From an uncultured cyanobacterium (GTDB taxonomy: Bacteria > Cyanobacteriota > Cyanobacteriia > PCC-9006 > JAAUQQ01): a DNA stretch of 64,000 bases. Shown here one piece after another: positions 18,415-27,822 of the stretch. Positions within the stretch are counted from its first letter, which is position 1. Every line of letters begins with the position of its first letter. The stretch spans positions 96,001 through 160,000 of the forward strand of contig OY970368.1 of the NCBI GenBank assembly GCA_963718615.1. Direction: 5' to 3'. The translations under genes were made by a program, and so were the position numbers. The notes below the pieces were generated by a model, which was given only the letters and a program-made list of their open reading frames with translations, ran no database searches and was not told where the DNA came from.

Positions 18415-20988
18415 CTAATGCAGGGTCCGCAGCAGGTTGCGAATTTTAGGCCGCTGCTGTTCCATCACCTGTTCAGGGAAGCTTAGTTCAATCGTGGTGT
18501 TGCTGCCCAGCGGGTCGATCACCTGCTCCACCTGAATCACCTGGGCTAACAGACGACTGGGCAACGGCTCTGTGGCATCTTGGCTGAGCAGCAGCCCCAC
18601 CAGGGCACCGGACTCCCCAAGCCGCTGAAGGTTCTGGGTATTGGCCGGTAGCTCAATCCGCAAACTGCGGCTATTAATCTCCCGTGCCACACCACTGTAA
18701 AACTGCCCTTCCCAATAGAGCTGCACCGCCGCTTCGATTTTCTTGCGCATACGCTGTCCCCGAGCCGGTCGAGCCGGTTGGAAACTGCGCAGTAGACTGG
18801 TAGCAATAAAGCGGAAGGAGTCCAGCGGGCGATCGATCTCCTGACGATTTTGGGCGTACCATTCCCCGACATCGGAATAGATCACAATACAGAGCGCATC
18901 CTGCTGGGCGCGACTGAGATCGATATAGTCGATCGCCAGCACCACTTGGTTGTCGCTGGTCGGAATTGCCCGCACAATCCGGCCATTAACAAAGGCCCGA
19001 GCGCCAAAATCTCCCAAAATTTCGAGCTCAACTTCATCGGGCAGATTAGGCCAATTGTCTAGAACCAGCCGACAGCCCCGTTCGCTGATGTCCAGGGTTT
19101 TGCCTTCGAGGGTTTGACCAGGACTATAGAGCGTCACCGGCAGCTTGCGCTCCAGCCGATGGGCAATGCGCAGTTGGGGTTGCTCGAAGGCTACAAGCAG
19201 CGCCGAAACCAACAGCACCAGATTAAAACAGCTCCAGAAGGCATTGATCAAAGCTGCCTCCGTGGCCTCAGGCCGATAGATCAGCCACAGGGGCACAGCC
19301 GCCAGGGAAGCTGCGACCAACACCGCTACGATGACCAAGGCCTGAGAAGATTCCCAGTCAAAGGTTCGTTTGGTAATGGAGGAGCCTTTGTCGGTGACGT
19401 TAAAATTGCCGAGGCGAGGATTAATCAAGGCCAAAAAGGTCACAATTCCCGCCTGGAAAGACATCGCAAATTCGTAGATTTCATTCCAGAACGAAAAGCG
19501 AACGTTTTTGTAGGGGATAAAGTTGGCGTAGGTCGAGAGAATGATGTGCGGTAGAGCGTAAGCCAGGGTTTCTAAGCCTAAACCGCGAATGGGGTTGATG
19601 CCAAACAGGAGGAAAAGAGTGGGGGCGATCGCATACATCAAGCGCGGAAACCCATAGAAAAAGTGAGAGGTCGCGCTGAAGTAGCAAAGCCGTTGGGACA
19701 GCGAGAGTTTGAGCTTGAGATTTAAGAGCGGATTCTCCAGCCGCAAAATCTGCGCCATTCCCCTCGCCCAACGGACCTGTTGCCCCACATAGGACGAGAA
19801 TTTTTCGGGCGCAAGGCCCGCAATCATAATTTTGTCGTAATAGACCGATTCGTATCCCCGCGAATGGAGTCGAAACGAGGTGTGACAATCTTCGGTCACG
19901 GTTTCCACGGCGATGCCGCCTACCTCTAGGACATGGCTTTTGCGAATGACAGCAGCAGACCCGCAGAAAAAGGCAGAGTTCCAGAAATCATTGCCTTTCT
20001 GGAGCACTTTGTAAAACAGCTCGTTGCCAACCGGCACTCGCCCTCCCGTCAGCAGGTTGCGCTCAAAGGGATCCGGGTTGTAAAACCAGTGGGGCGTCTG
20101 CACCAAGGACACCTTGGGATTAAAGAAAAAGCCGACGGTGTGCTGAAGAAATTGGCGAGAGGGAATATGGTCACAATCGAGGATCATAATCAAATCCCCG
20201 GAAGTCCTGTGCATGGCGGTATTGATATTCCCCGCCTTGGCATGGTCGTTGTTGTCCCGCGTCAGCATCTCGCAGCCCAACTCTTCGCACATGCGGCGAA
20301 GTTCCTGGCGTCGCTCGGGATACTTGCGACCATCGTCTAGGATATAGACCCGCTTTTTATCCTCAGGATAATCCACGGCTAAGGCTCCTAAGGCCGTTTT
20401 GCGGACGATCTCGACATCTTCGTTGTAGGTCGGAATATAGATATCGACCGAGAACCACTGCTCCTGGGGAAAGTTGGCGAGGTCAACGGGTTGGCGATCG
20501 CGCAGTTTCAACGTCTGAAAATAAGACAAAAACAGCGTCATGATCGCATAGAGTTCTGCCATGTACAGCAGCACACTAAAAATGCCGTCCACCCAGTTGT
20601 CGAGCTTGAGTGTATAGGAGGTTCGATAGTGCAGATAGCGCAGCGTGGTCAAGGCGCTGACCCAAATAATCAGCAAGTGCAAATATTCACTGGCCTTGCG
20701 ATCGTCGCGGGACTGCTCTAACTGCACAATGCCCCAGCCAAAGAGCACCAACACCAGGGCGACTAGCGCCTGCTGTCCCAGGGTAATCGGCGTCACAATC
20801 AGCGGCAATGACAGGATCATCAACAGACCCATCAATCCCCACAACAACGCCGGGGGAAGTTTCCCCACTAGCACTTCGAGGCTGTTAGGTAACCAATCGA
20901 CCAATACAGCAACCAGCCCGGAACGGTGAGGTTTCTGGGGGAGTTTCTGGGGGGACTTCTGGGGGGGCTCAGAGTAGGAATGGGTCAC
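18415..20988 (-). CDS. bcsA: Cellulose synthase catalytic subunit (GT2) with PilZ domain(s)
   Basis: PTYNE, DDG, HAKAGN, DCDH, QTPH, FFCGS, TED, QQVRW, FNVTDK. PilZ motifs RIAHR and DISERG. Confidence 0.95.
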   Translation of the reverse strand: MTHSYSEPPQKSPQKLPQKPHRSGLVAVLVDWLPNSLEVLVGKLPPALLWGLMGLLMILSLPLIVTPITLGQQALVALVLVLFGWGIVQLEQSRDDRKASEYLHLLIIWVSALTTLRYLHYRTSYTLKLDNWVDGIFSVLLYMAELYAIMTLFLSYFQTLKLRDRQPVDLANFPQEQWFSVDIYIPTYNEDVEIVRKTALGALAVDYPEDKKRVYILDDGRKYPERRQELRRMCEELGCEMLTRDNNDHAKAGNINTAMHRTSGDLIMILDCDHIPSRQFLQHTVGFFFNPKVSLVQTPHWFYNPDPFERNLLTGGRVPVGNELFYKVLQKGNDFWNSAFFCGSAAVIRKSHVLEVGGIAVETVTEDCHTSFRLHSRGYESVYYDKIMIAGLAPEKFSSYVGQQVRWARGMAQILRLENPLLNLKLKLSLSQRLCYFSATSHFFYGFPRLMYAIAPTLFLLFGINPIRGLGLETLAYALPHIILSTYANFIPYKNVRFSFWNEIYEFAMSFQAGIVTFLALINPRLGNFNVTDKGSSITKRTFDWESSQALVIVAVLVAASLAAVPLWLIYRPEATEAALINAFWSCFNLVLLVSALLVAFEQPQLRIAHRLERKLPVTLYSPGQTLEGKTLDISERGCRLVLDNWPNLPDEVELEILGDFGARAFVNGRIVRAIPTSDNQVVLAIDYIDLSRAQQDALCIVIYSDVGEWYAQNRQEIDRPLDSFRFIATSLLRSFQPARPARGQRMRKKIEAAVQLYWEGQFYSGVAREINSRSLRIELPANTQNLQRLGESGALVGLLLSQDATEPLPSRLLAQVIQVEQVIDPLGSNTTIELSFPEQVMEQQRPKIRNLLRTLH

Positions 20989-23690
20989 GAGTCTTCTCCA
21001 TCAACGCGCTTGAGGGAAATCTGCGAAATGCCGTACATCAACAAACAGAGGGAGAATACGGCAGTGGGTAGAATGAACCAGCGTTCCTGAATAAACCGCG
21101 AGGAGCGGCTCAAGAGGCTAGCCGTCGCAATCCGGCGGGTCTGACTTTCCCGCAGAACTTTGAACTCGTAGGCTCTCGGATCGTAGGGCAGAGGATTCTC
21201 GGCGTTGGCACTGATGAGGACTGTATCCCCATCCAATTGGAAAAACCAAATGTCGTTTTCCAGGAACTGTTGCAGGGTGTTGAGCCCCGTCTCTCCCTGG
21301 GCCGCCAGGGCCAGAACCACGCGATCGCGATTCCAAGGGGAAAGAATTTGTTTGATAATGCCCTGCCGATCCGCCAGGGTTTGGATTTGGGTTCCTGGGT
21401 TTGTAGCTGGGTTTGTAGCTGGGTCGGGGGTTGAATCGGCTTTGATTTGGCGACTGGAAGCAGGGCCGAGGGCTAAAGTTCCGCCGCTGAGGGCTTCCTG
21501 GAGGGGGAAGCGATCGCGCGGTCCAATGGCAATCAAATTGTCCTCCTGCTTGGCCGTTTCTGAAAGATCCGCCACGGGCACAGCTTCGATTTCAATGGCC
21601 TGGGAAGCACTCAAACGTCCTAAGCGTTCGCTCATCTCCAGCAACGTCAGCAGCGTGCCCGCACTGGGGTCATCGGGAACCACCAGCGTCGTCGCCGACA
21701 GATCCTGCGGAGCCGCAAAGGGATACCCCACCTGGAGCAGTTTCAGGTTGGGCAAATCGACAGATTGCTCACGTTTGAGGTCAAAGCGGGTGTCGCTGTG
21801 CAAGGTGGCCCAGAGCTGGCGATCGGCCATGATGCCGCAGTCACCACCGCCATTGGGACTGAGCTGGAAGGAGATTCGCAGTTTGGAGTCAGGTTTGATC
21901 AGGTTTTCCGGCAGGGTGACATTGAGTTTCTCCCGCGTTGCCCCTTGGGGTTTGGTCAGCCGTTTCCCGGCGATCGCCACATCATCCAGGGTCACCTCCA
22001 CCGTCGAGCGACGGGGATCTAGCTGGGGACCATAGCTATATTCCAACTGCATGGTATTGCCCCGCAGAAAATGATCATCGGGCAGCGCCCGAAAATCGAT
22101 TTCAATCGGTGGCGTCGCCGAGGTGCGCACGGTCGTGTCTTGGAAAGCCTCGCCATTGGCCTGCTTCAGGTTACTTAGGCGAAACTCGTCCGTTTGGGGC
22201 AAATGCTGGGGCCAATCCCGTGGCGCGGGGGCGGTGGGTGTAGACACCGATTCCACCAAGATCCCTTGACCTGAGCCAATGGCAGCACTATCTTGTGTCT
22301 GCAACAGCTGCACCGCTTTCAATACCCCTTCATCCCCATTGCCCGTAGCGACCAAAACCGGTGTTTTGCCATCGTTTGTGGTGGTCAGCATCAACACACC
22401 CACATCCCCCGGCAGCAGCTTACCTTTGCCGTCTAACACCTGACCCTTATTGAGCTTGAAGGGCAGTTTCAGACTCTCCAGCAGGGGTTGAGAGGCAGGG
22501 GTTCCCAAAACAACTAGGCTCTCGTTCCAAGCTAGCTTCGCGGTCTCCTTTGCCGAGGACAAAGACAAGACTCGCGTTTTTAGAGGACGGTAAGCCGCTT
22601 GACGCCCCATTCCTGCTTGAAAACGGCTGGCGGCGGTCAACCAAGTCTTGTCCACCTGCTTCGGCTGGGCATAGACCATGGAACTGGGGTCGAGGGCAAG
22701 TCGGTCAAAGAAGGGATAGGGGAAATTTTCAAAGGCTAAAGGAACCGACTGGGTTTGGTAACCCAAAATCAGTTTTGAGTCCGGTAAAATCTCCGTCCAC
22801 AGGGCCGGGTCCGCTGGATTAGAGCAGGCTTTGTCGTTGTTTTGCTGGGCAACCAGCACAATCTCGTTGTAGTCCTGGATGAGTTCCACCGGAATATCGA
22901 CTAGAACTTCTCCAATTTCAGACTTTTTCTGCTGGAGCGGCACACTGCCAATACTCGTTCCATTGACCCGAATGGTGAGATTGGAGCGATCGGGCAGCAG
23001 GTCCGGAGAATTCTGATAGCGAATCAGGGCTTGAGCGGTCTTGACCTTCCAGGACGTGGGACGGTTGAATCCCAGTCGGCGCTCTGCATACACCCCTTGC
23101 AGTCTCAGGCTATTGCCCACGATCGGACTGCGGTTGAATTCTAAAACATAACGACTGAGAGGACCGACATTGGCCTCCTTAGCGTCCCCGGAAGCCGCTT
23201 GATTGGAATCTGATTGAGCAGTGGCCGCCGCCGGTTCAGCGATCTGTTCTGGAAGAGGATCGCGATCGCCCCCAGGCACTGGCTCCACTGGGGCCATATC
23301 CGGTGCATACGCTGGCTGCGGATCTTCAGAGTCTGGATAGACCGGCTGTGGCTCCTCATACACCGGCTGCGGATCATAGGCAGGCTGCGGCTCCTCATAC
23401 ACTGGCCCTGGATCATAAACGGGCGGAGCTGGGGCGGGTTGGTAGACCGGGGCGGGCGCTGGGTCGCTGGGAAGCGCGTAGCGTTCGATCAGACTATTTT
23501 CCTGGGCCTCAACCTCCCCTTCTTGGGCGATCGCCCTAGGCCCAGAGGACGCTCCTAGCAGCCAGCCGGGCATCAAGAGCAAACCACCAACGGTTCCTAA
23601 CACCAGGGTTTTACGGAGCAAGACGACTCCCCGCCCCAGTGGATGACAGCGAACCATGGGCATTCGGGGGCGATACGGAAGGCGCTTCAT
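20985..23690 (-). CDS. bcsB: Cellulose synthase periplasmic subunit BcsB
   Basis: Signal peptide, large periplasmic region (FPYPFFD, GYPF), single C-terminal TM helix, 4-nt overlap with bcsA. ATG 23690 preferred; the ORF extends to 23756. Confidence 0.85.
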   Translation of the reverse strand: MKRLPYRPRMPMVRCHPLGRGVVLLRKTLVLGTVGGLLLMPGWLLGASSGPRAIAQEGEVEAQENSLIERYALPSDPAPAPVYQPAPAPPVYDPGPVYEEPQPAYDPQPVYEEPQPVYPDSEDPQPAYAPDMAPVEPVPGGDRDPLPEQIAEPAAATAQSDSNQAASGDAKEANVGPLSRYVLEFNRSPIVGNSLRLQGVYAERRLGFNRPTSWKVKTAQALIRYQNSPDLLPDRSNLTIRVNGTSIGSVPLQQKKSEIGEVLVDIPVELIQDYNEIVLVAQQNNDKACSNPADPALWTEILPDSKLILGYQTQSVPLAFENFPYPFFDRLALDPSSMVYAQPKQVDKTWLTAASRFQAGMGRQAAYRPLKTRVLSLSSAKETAKLAWNESLVVLGTPASQPLLESLKLPFKLNKGQVLDGKGKLLPGDVGVLMLTTTNDGKTPVLVATGNGDEGVLKAVQLLQTQDSAAIGSGQGILVESVSTPTAPAPRDWPQHLPQTDEFRLSNLKQANGEAFQDTTVRTSATPPIEIDFRALPDDHFLRGNTMQLEYSYGPQLDPRRSTVEVTLDDVAIAGKRLTKPQGATREKLNVTLPENLIKPDSKLRISFQLSPNGGGDCGIMADRQLWATLHSDTRFDLKREQSVDLPNLKLLQVGYPFAAPQDLSATTLVVPDDPSAGTLLTLLEMSERLGRLSASQAIEIEAVPVADLSETAKQEDNLIAIGPRDRFPLQEALSGGTLALGPASSRQIKADSTPDPATNPATNPGTQIQTLADRQGIIKQILSPWNRDRVVLALAAQGETGLNTLQQFLENDIWFFQLDGDTVLISANAENPLPYDPRAYEFKVLRESQTRRIATASLLSRSSRFIQERWFILPTAVFSLCLLMYGISQISLKRVDGEDS

Positions 23691-23891
23691 AAGGCGTTCA
23701 AAATCCCAGAGATCAGCATTAAAGGAGATGCAAAGCAGGAAATACAGCACCCCCAAACAGGGGTTATAGAATCAGACTGCCCAAATTTGTATAAAGATGT
23801 GTCTAAAACCCTAATCACTTCGGTGAAAAAAAACAATCACAGGAACGCCTCAAGCCGCCTCAAGTCGGTGTTCGTCGGTGTTGTCATCGCC

Positions 23892-25397
23892 CTAGGGAGG
23901 CGAGACTTGGAGGAGCGGCGAGCTGGGCGTCAGGGGCGGGAAAAGACCTAACCAGGCAAGATTTTGACTGTAATAAGCCGAGGCATCATCCCATAATCCC
24001 GCTTGATAGGTCGTCCACAGCTTCTGCTGAAATAACCGCGCAGCGAGGTCCGGGTCAGTCCATTGCAGGGCGCTGTAGAGCATGCCATATTGCGACGTGG
24101 CTTCGTAGGTTGCGATCGCCTTCCCTCGCAGATCAATTTGGGCCGGGATAAACTGTTGCGATCGCAACCGATCAACCAAATAAACCAAATGCTCTTGCAA
24201 AAAGCGTTTGGCTTCCGCAGCATCAGCCCCCGAAGCGTCAACCCCCGCCAAATCCCAGGCCACGCGCCACCAAACCCGGTAGGCATCAAAGCTGTATTGG
24301 GTGAGTAAATCTCCTGAGGCATCCAAGGGAGCAAACCGCTGGGAGGGACGGTCCCAGGCCACCCAGTCGCTGGGCAGACCCACCGCTGAGAGCTGGGCAG
24401 ATTGATTCAACACAAAGTAACTGGACTCCACGAGACTCAGCCAGTCGCGATCGCGATCCACCGTGGCAAACAGGCGAAAGGCAAAGGGCGCAAGGTAGGA
24501 GGGATTGAGGATGAGGCGATCGCCCCGAACAAAGGCCTCTCGGGGACCGGGCAACAGGTAGCGACGTTGGGGAGGACTAGAGGTTGCGGTTGGGGCAGCC
24601 TTTTCTGCAACACCTTCTGAAACTGAAACAGCATCTGGAACAGCCGTGTCTGGAACAGTCGTGTCTGGAACAGCCGTGCCCAAAGTCCAGAGGTCTTGGA
24701 GCTTGGTTTGAGCAAGGGCCAAATAGTCCGGGCGATTCCAGCGGCGCGAGGCCAGAATCAGCGCCGTGGCGGCGTCGATATCGGCATCCGTGGCAAAGTT
24801 ACCATCGACAATGCCCCAAGCGGTGTCACCGGGTTCGCGCCCCCATTTCCAAGCCCACAGACTATCGAGGGGCAGACCGTTGCGCTGACGGCGCAGGTTG
24901 TTTTCCCCCCACTTCAGCGTGCGGGCAAAGGTGTCTGGGTCATCGATCAAGACGGCCCGGAGCATGGCGTAGGCTTGACTCTCGGAGGTAGAGCGCCCCT
25001 CGGCCTCCCAATCGATCACCCGGCCATCCGCTTGAATAAACCGGTTTCGATAGGTTTCCCAGCTTTCCTGAAGCAGCTCGGGGCTGGCGGCACGGGGCTG
25101 ATTAAGATCTAAAGGGGGCAAACCCGTCGAGCTTGGAGACGTCGAGCTTTGAGGCGTCGAGCTTTGAGGAGAGGTTGTCCCAGAGGGCGAGGCCGTGGGA
25201 GAGAGCACCGGAGAGGGCTCGGGCAACCGTTCTAGCCAGCGGCAGCCCGAAATTGCCATGCTGCTGAGGAAACCCAGCAAAACACTGAGCAAGATTTTAG
25301 ACAAAATTCTGGGCAAGATTCTGGACCAGCCACAAAGGACAATCCTGCCCCTTGCTCGATAGTGTTTCCCAGGACCCAGCTTTGGCATATTCAACAC
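23892..25397 (-). CDS. bcsZ: GH8 endoglucanase (BcsZ-like), predicted lipoprotein
   Basis: DGRVID, STSESQAYAM, ATDADID, NPSY, SFDAYRVWW, YYSQNL. Lipobox ISGC. Confidence 0.88.
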   Translation of the reverse strand: MLNMPKLGPGKHYRARGRIVLCGWSRILPRILSKILLSVLLGFLSSMAISGCRWLERLPEPSPVLSPTASPSGTTSPQSSTPQSSTSPSSTGLPPLDLNQPRAASPELLQESWETYRNRFIQADGRVIDWEAEGRSTSESQAYAMLRAVLIDDPDTFARTLKWGENNLRRQRNGLPLDSLWAWKWGREPGDTAWGIVDGNFATDADIDAATALILASRRWNRPDYLALAQTKLQDLWTLGTAVPDTTVPDTAVPDAVSVSEGVAEKAAPTATSSPPQRRYLLPGPREAFVRGDRLILNPSYLAPFAFRLFATVDRDRDWLSLVESSYFVLNQSAQLSAVGLPSDWVAWDRPSQRFAPLDASGDLLTQYSFDAYRVWWRVAWDLAGVDASGADAAEAKRFLQEHLVYLVDRLRSQQFIPAQIDLRGKAIATYEATSQYGMLYSALQWTDPDLAARLFQQKLWTTYQAGLWDDASAYYSQNLAWLGLFPPLTPSSPLLQVSPP

Positions 25398-25414
25398 CCC
25401 TTATGGCGATCGCC

Positions 25415-27715
25415 CTAAAACCGCTCCCAAGCAGGCTGAAAACCGCGCTGACGCAGAAAATCCTCTTGAATTTGCCGCATCCGTAACGCCGAACTGCCTG
25501 AACCAACCCCCGCCCGTCGCAAATCCCGAAATTGATCGAGCGCGTCTAGTTTGCGCCCCTGGACAACGAGGAGCTCCGCGAGGGATTGTTGGGCCAAGCG
25601 ATCATTAGGACTATAGGTAAGGATTTGCCCATAGAGACGAGCTGCTTCATCATAACGCCGCTGCTGAAACCTGAGTCCGGCTAAGCCCGCGAGGGCTTCT
25701 GGCTGGTAGGGCTCGCGCTGAAGCACGATGTCATAGGCTTGTCCCGCGCGATCGAGGTCCTTGAGGGCTTGAGCGAGCTGGGCTTCGAGCAGATAGGACG
25801 TAGCACTGTTGGGCTGGAGGGCACGGGACTGGTTGACCAGGCGATCCACTTGGGCTCGGGCTTGGTACTCGTTGCGCAGGGCGATCGCCTCCACCCAGCG
25901 CACCTGGACGGGAATATACGTCGGGTCCGCCGCCGCCAGTGCCCCATATAGCGCTTCTCGATCCTGACGGGCTGGCAGCGTTCCCGCTAGGGTATAGAGC
26001 TCAGGGCTGGTCTCGCCGGGGCGACTTTGCAACCAGCGATTGAGGACACCAGCGGCTTCGTCTTCGGACATCAAATCCGCTTGGTAGGCGATCGCCGCCC
26101 GAGACAGTTGCAACGGCAAATCTCCGGGATTGGCAGCCAGGAGCCGATCGTAAAGGGCGATCGCATCCCGAGGACGGTCCTGGGCCAGACGAATACCAGC
26201 CAACCCTTGGATGGCAGCGGAGCGAATATCGGCATCGCTCGTCCCGGTATTGAGAATCGCAATGTAGCGCGTGGCACTGTCTTCGAGACGACCCTGACGA
26301 CGTTCAATTTCAGCGTAGAGCAGTTGGGGGGCTAAGTCCTGGGCTCCGCTGGGAGTGCGCTGATAGGCGGTCAAGGCGGCCAAGGCACCGACAAAGTCAT
26401 TAGCCTGGATCAGGAGCTGAGCAATCCGAAAATTGAGGAAGGGCACATCTACCTGGGCGGCCAAGAACTGCTGATAGACGGGCAGCAGCTCAGGTAAAGG
26501 TTCAATGGGAACGAGGGCCTGGGCGATCGCCCGTTGCTCTGTTGGACTGGTGGGAAAGGGCTGGAGCAGTCCGGCCAGACGCTGACGGATTTGGCTGTCG
26601 TTGACTTGACCAAGCTGACTTTCGAGGGCCAAGAGCTTGAGACCCAGGACGCGATCGTTCGGGTTCTGGCCAATCAGTCGACGATACAACTCTAGCGCGT
26701 AGGGTCGTTCCGCCGGAATACCGCTCAGCACATCCGCCGCTTCTAGGATCAGCGTCGAGGCAGGAGAGGCCGTTGCTTGCAGCTCAGCCCGATACAGCGC
26801 AGCGGCTTCATTCAGCAGATCGGGAATTTTTTGGGCTTGGCCAATTTCGTTTAAGGCCCGCGCCAAGGGTAAGCGAGCCTCGGGCCGTCCCCGCAGTACT
26901 TCCAGCACCGCTAGGGCATCGGCGGGGCGATTGGCGTCGAGATAGGCTTGGGCCAACTCCGAGCGGATCTGGATGGCGGCGTCATCGGTTCGGTTCGACA
27001 CCAACCCTTCCAGCAGCGAGATCGCCTGGGTGGGATTGCCCGTGCCGCGCAGGGCTCGGGCGTAGGCGATCGCCGCATTTTGTTCCAGCGCCTGCCCCGT
27101 ACTGCGATAGCGATTAAACAGCTCTAATCCCCGCGCATAATCCCCGCTATAGGTATAAATCTGAGCGGCCCCAACCAACACCTCCGGCGAGGCATTGCCT
27201 TTGCTGAGCACTTGCTCGTAATCCGCCAGGGCTTCTGCAAACCGACCCTGATAGCCATAGAGCAACGCCCGCTGCGCCCGCGCTTCGTCATCCTGGGGGG
27301 TGCGATTGAGCAAACGGGTCAGGGCCTCAATCCCGGCGGGCTGCCACTCAGGCCGAAAGCCCCCTAGCAACCCCAGGGTCTTGAGCGCCAGGGTATTATC
27401 TGGGTCCTGTTGCAGGACCGCCTGGTAGGTTTGCCAAGCATCCCCATCGCGACCGGCTCGACGATAGGCGATCGCCAACCCCAGTTTCGCCTCTAGAACG
27501 GTAGGATATTGCCGAATCGCCCGTTGAAAGATTTCAATGGCCCCATCCACCTGCCCTTCCCCTAAACGGGTATAGCCCTCCCGCACAACGGACGGAACCG
27601 ATTCTTGGGCCTGTACCCTCGCGCCTTCAAACCCTCCCAAGGCTGGGGCAGCGGCAAGCATGACCCCCAGGCTCAAACTCAGAACAAACTGGGATGTCCA
27701 GTGACGCGGAACCAT
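25415..27715 (-). CDS. Secreted TPR-repeat protein (BcsC TPR-like, no beta-barrel)
   Basis: Signal peptide followed by continuous TPR helices to the C-terminus, inside the bcs operon. ATG 27715 preferred; the ORF extends to 27760. Confidence 0.8.
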   Translation of the reverse strand: MVPRHWTSQFVLSLSLGVMLAAAPALGGFEGARVQAQESVPSVVREGYTRLGEGQVDGAIEIFQRAIRQYPTVLEAKLGLAIAYRRAGRDGDAWQTYQAVLQQDPDNTLALKTLGLLGGFRPEWQPAGIEALTRLLNRTPQDDEARAQRALLYGYQGRFAEALADYEQVLSKGNASPEVLVGAAQIYTYSGDYARGLELFNRYRSTGQALEQNAAIAYARALRGTGNPTQAISLLEGLVSNRTDDAAIQIRSELAQAYLDANRPADALAVLEVLRGRPEARLPLARALNEIGQAQKIPDLLNEAAALYRAELQATASPASTLILEAADVLSGIPAERPYALELYRRLIGQNPNDRVLGLKLLALESQLGQVNDSQIRQRLAGLLQPFPTSPTEQRAIAQALVPIEPLPELLPVYQQFLAAQVDVPFLNFRIAQLLIQANDFVGALAALTAYQRTPSGAQDLAPQLLYAEIERRQGRLEDSATRYIAILNTGTSDADIRSAAIQGLAGIRLAQDRPRDAIALYDRLLAANPGDLPLQLSRAAIAYQADLMSEDEAAGVLNRWLQSRPGETSPELYTLAGTLPARQDREALYGALAAADPTYIPVQVRWVEAIALRNEYQARAQVDRLVNQSRALQPNSATSYLLEAQLAQALKDLDRAGQAYDIVLQREPYQPEALAGLAGLRFQQRRYDEAARLYGQILTYSPNDRLAQQSLAELLVVQGRKLDALDQFRDLRRAGVGSGSSALRMRQIQEDFLRQRGFQPAWERF

Positions 27716-27822
27716 GAGCTGCTCTATAAAGTAAAAAATAATTCGATCAATCGTAACCATGCGCCGATTCGGTGGGGCCTTCCATTGGGCGAGCGGCCCA
27801 TCGGCAAACAGCAGAGCAAGCC

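Noticed and set aside
21205-22035. 276-aa plus-strand ORF
   Set aside because: Antisense shadow of bcsB; Ser/Arg-rich composition typical of non-coding frames.
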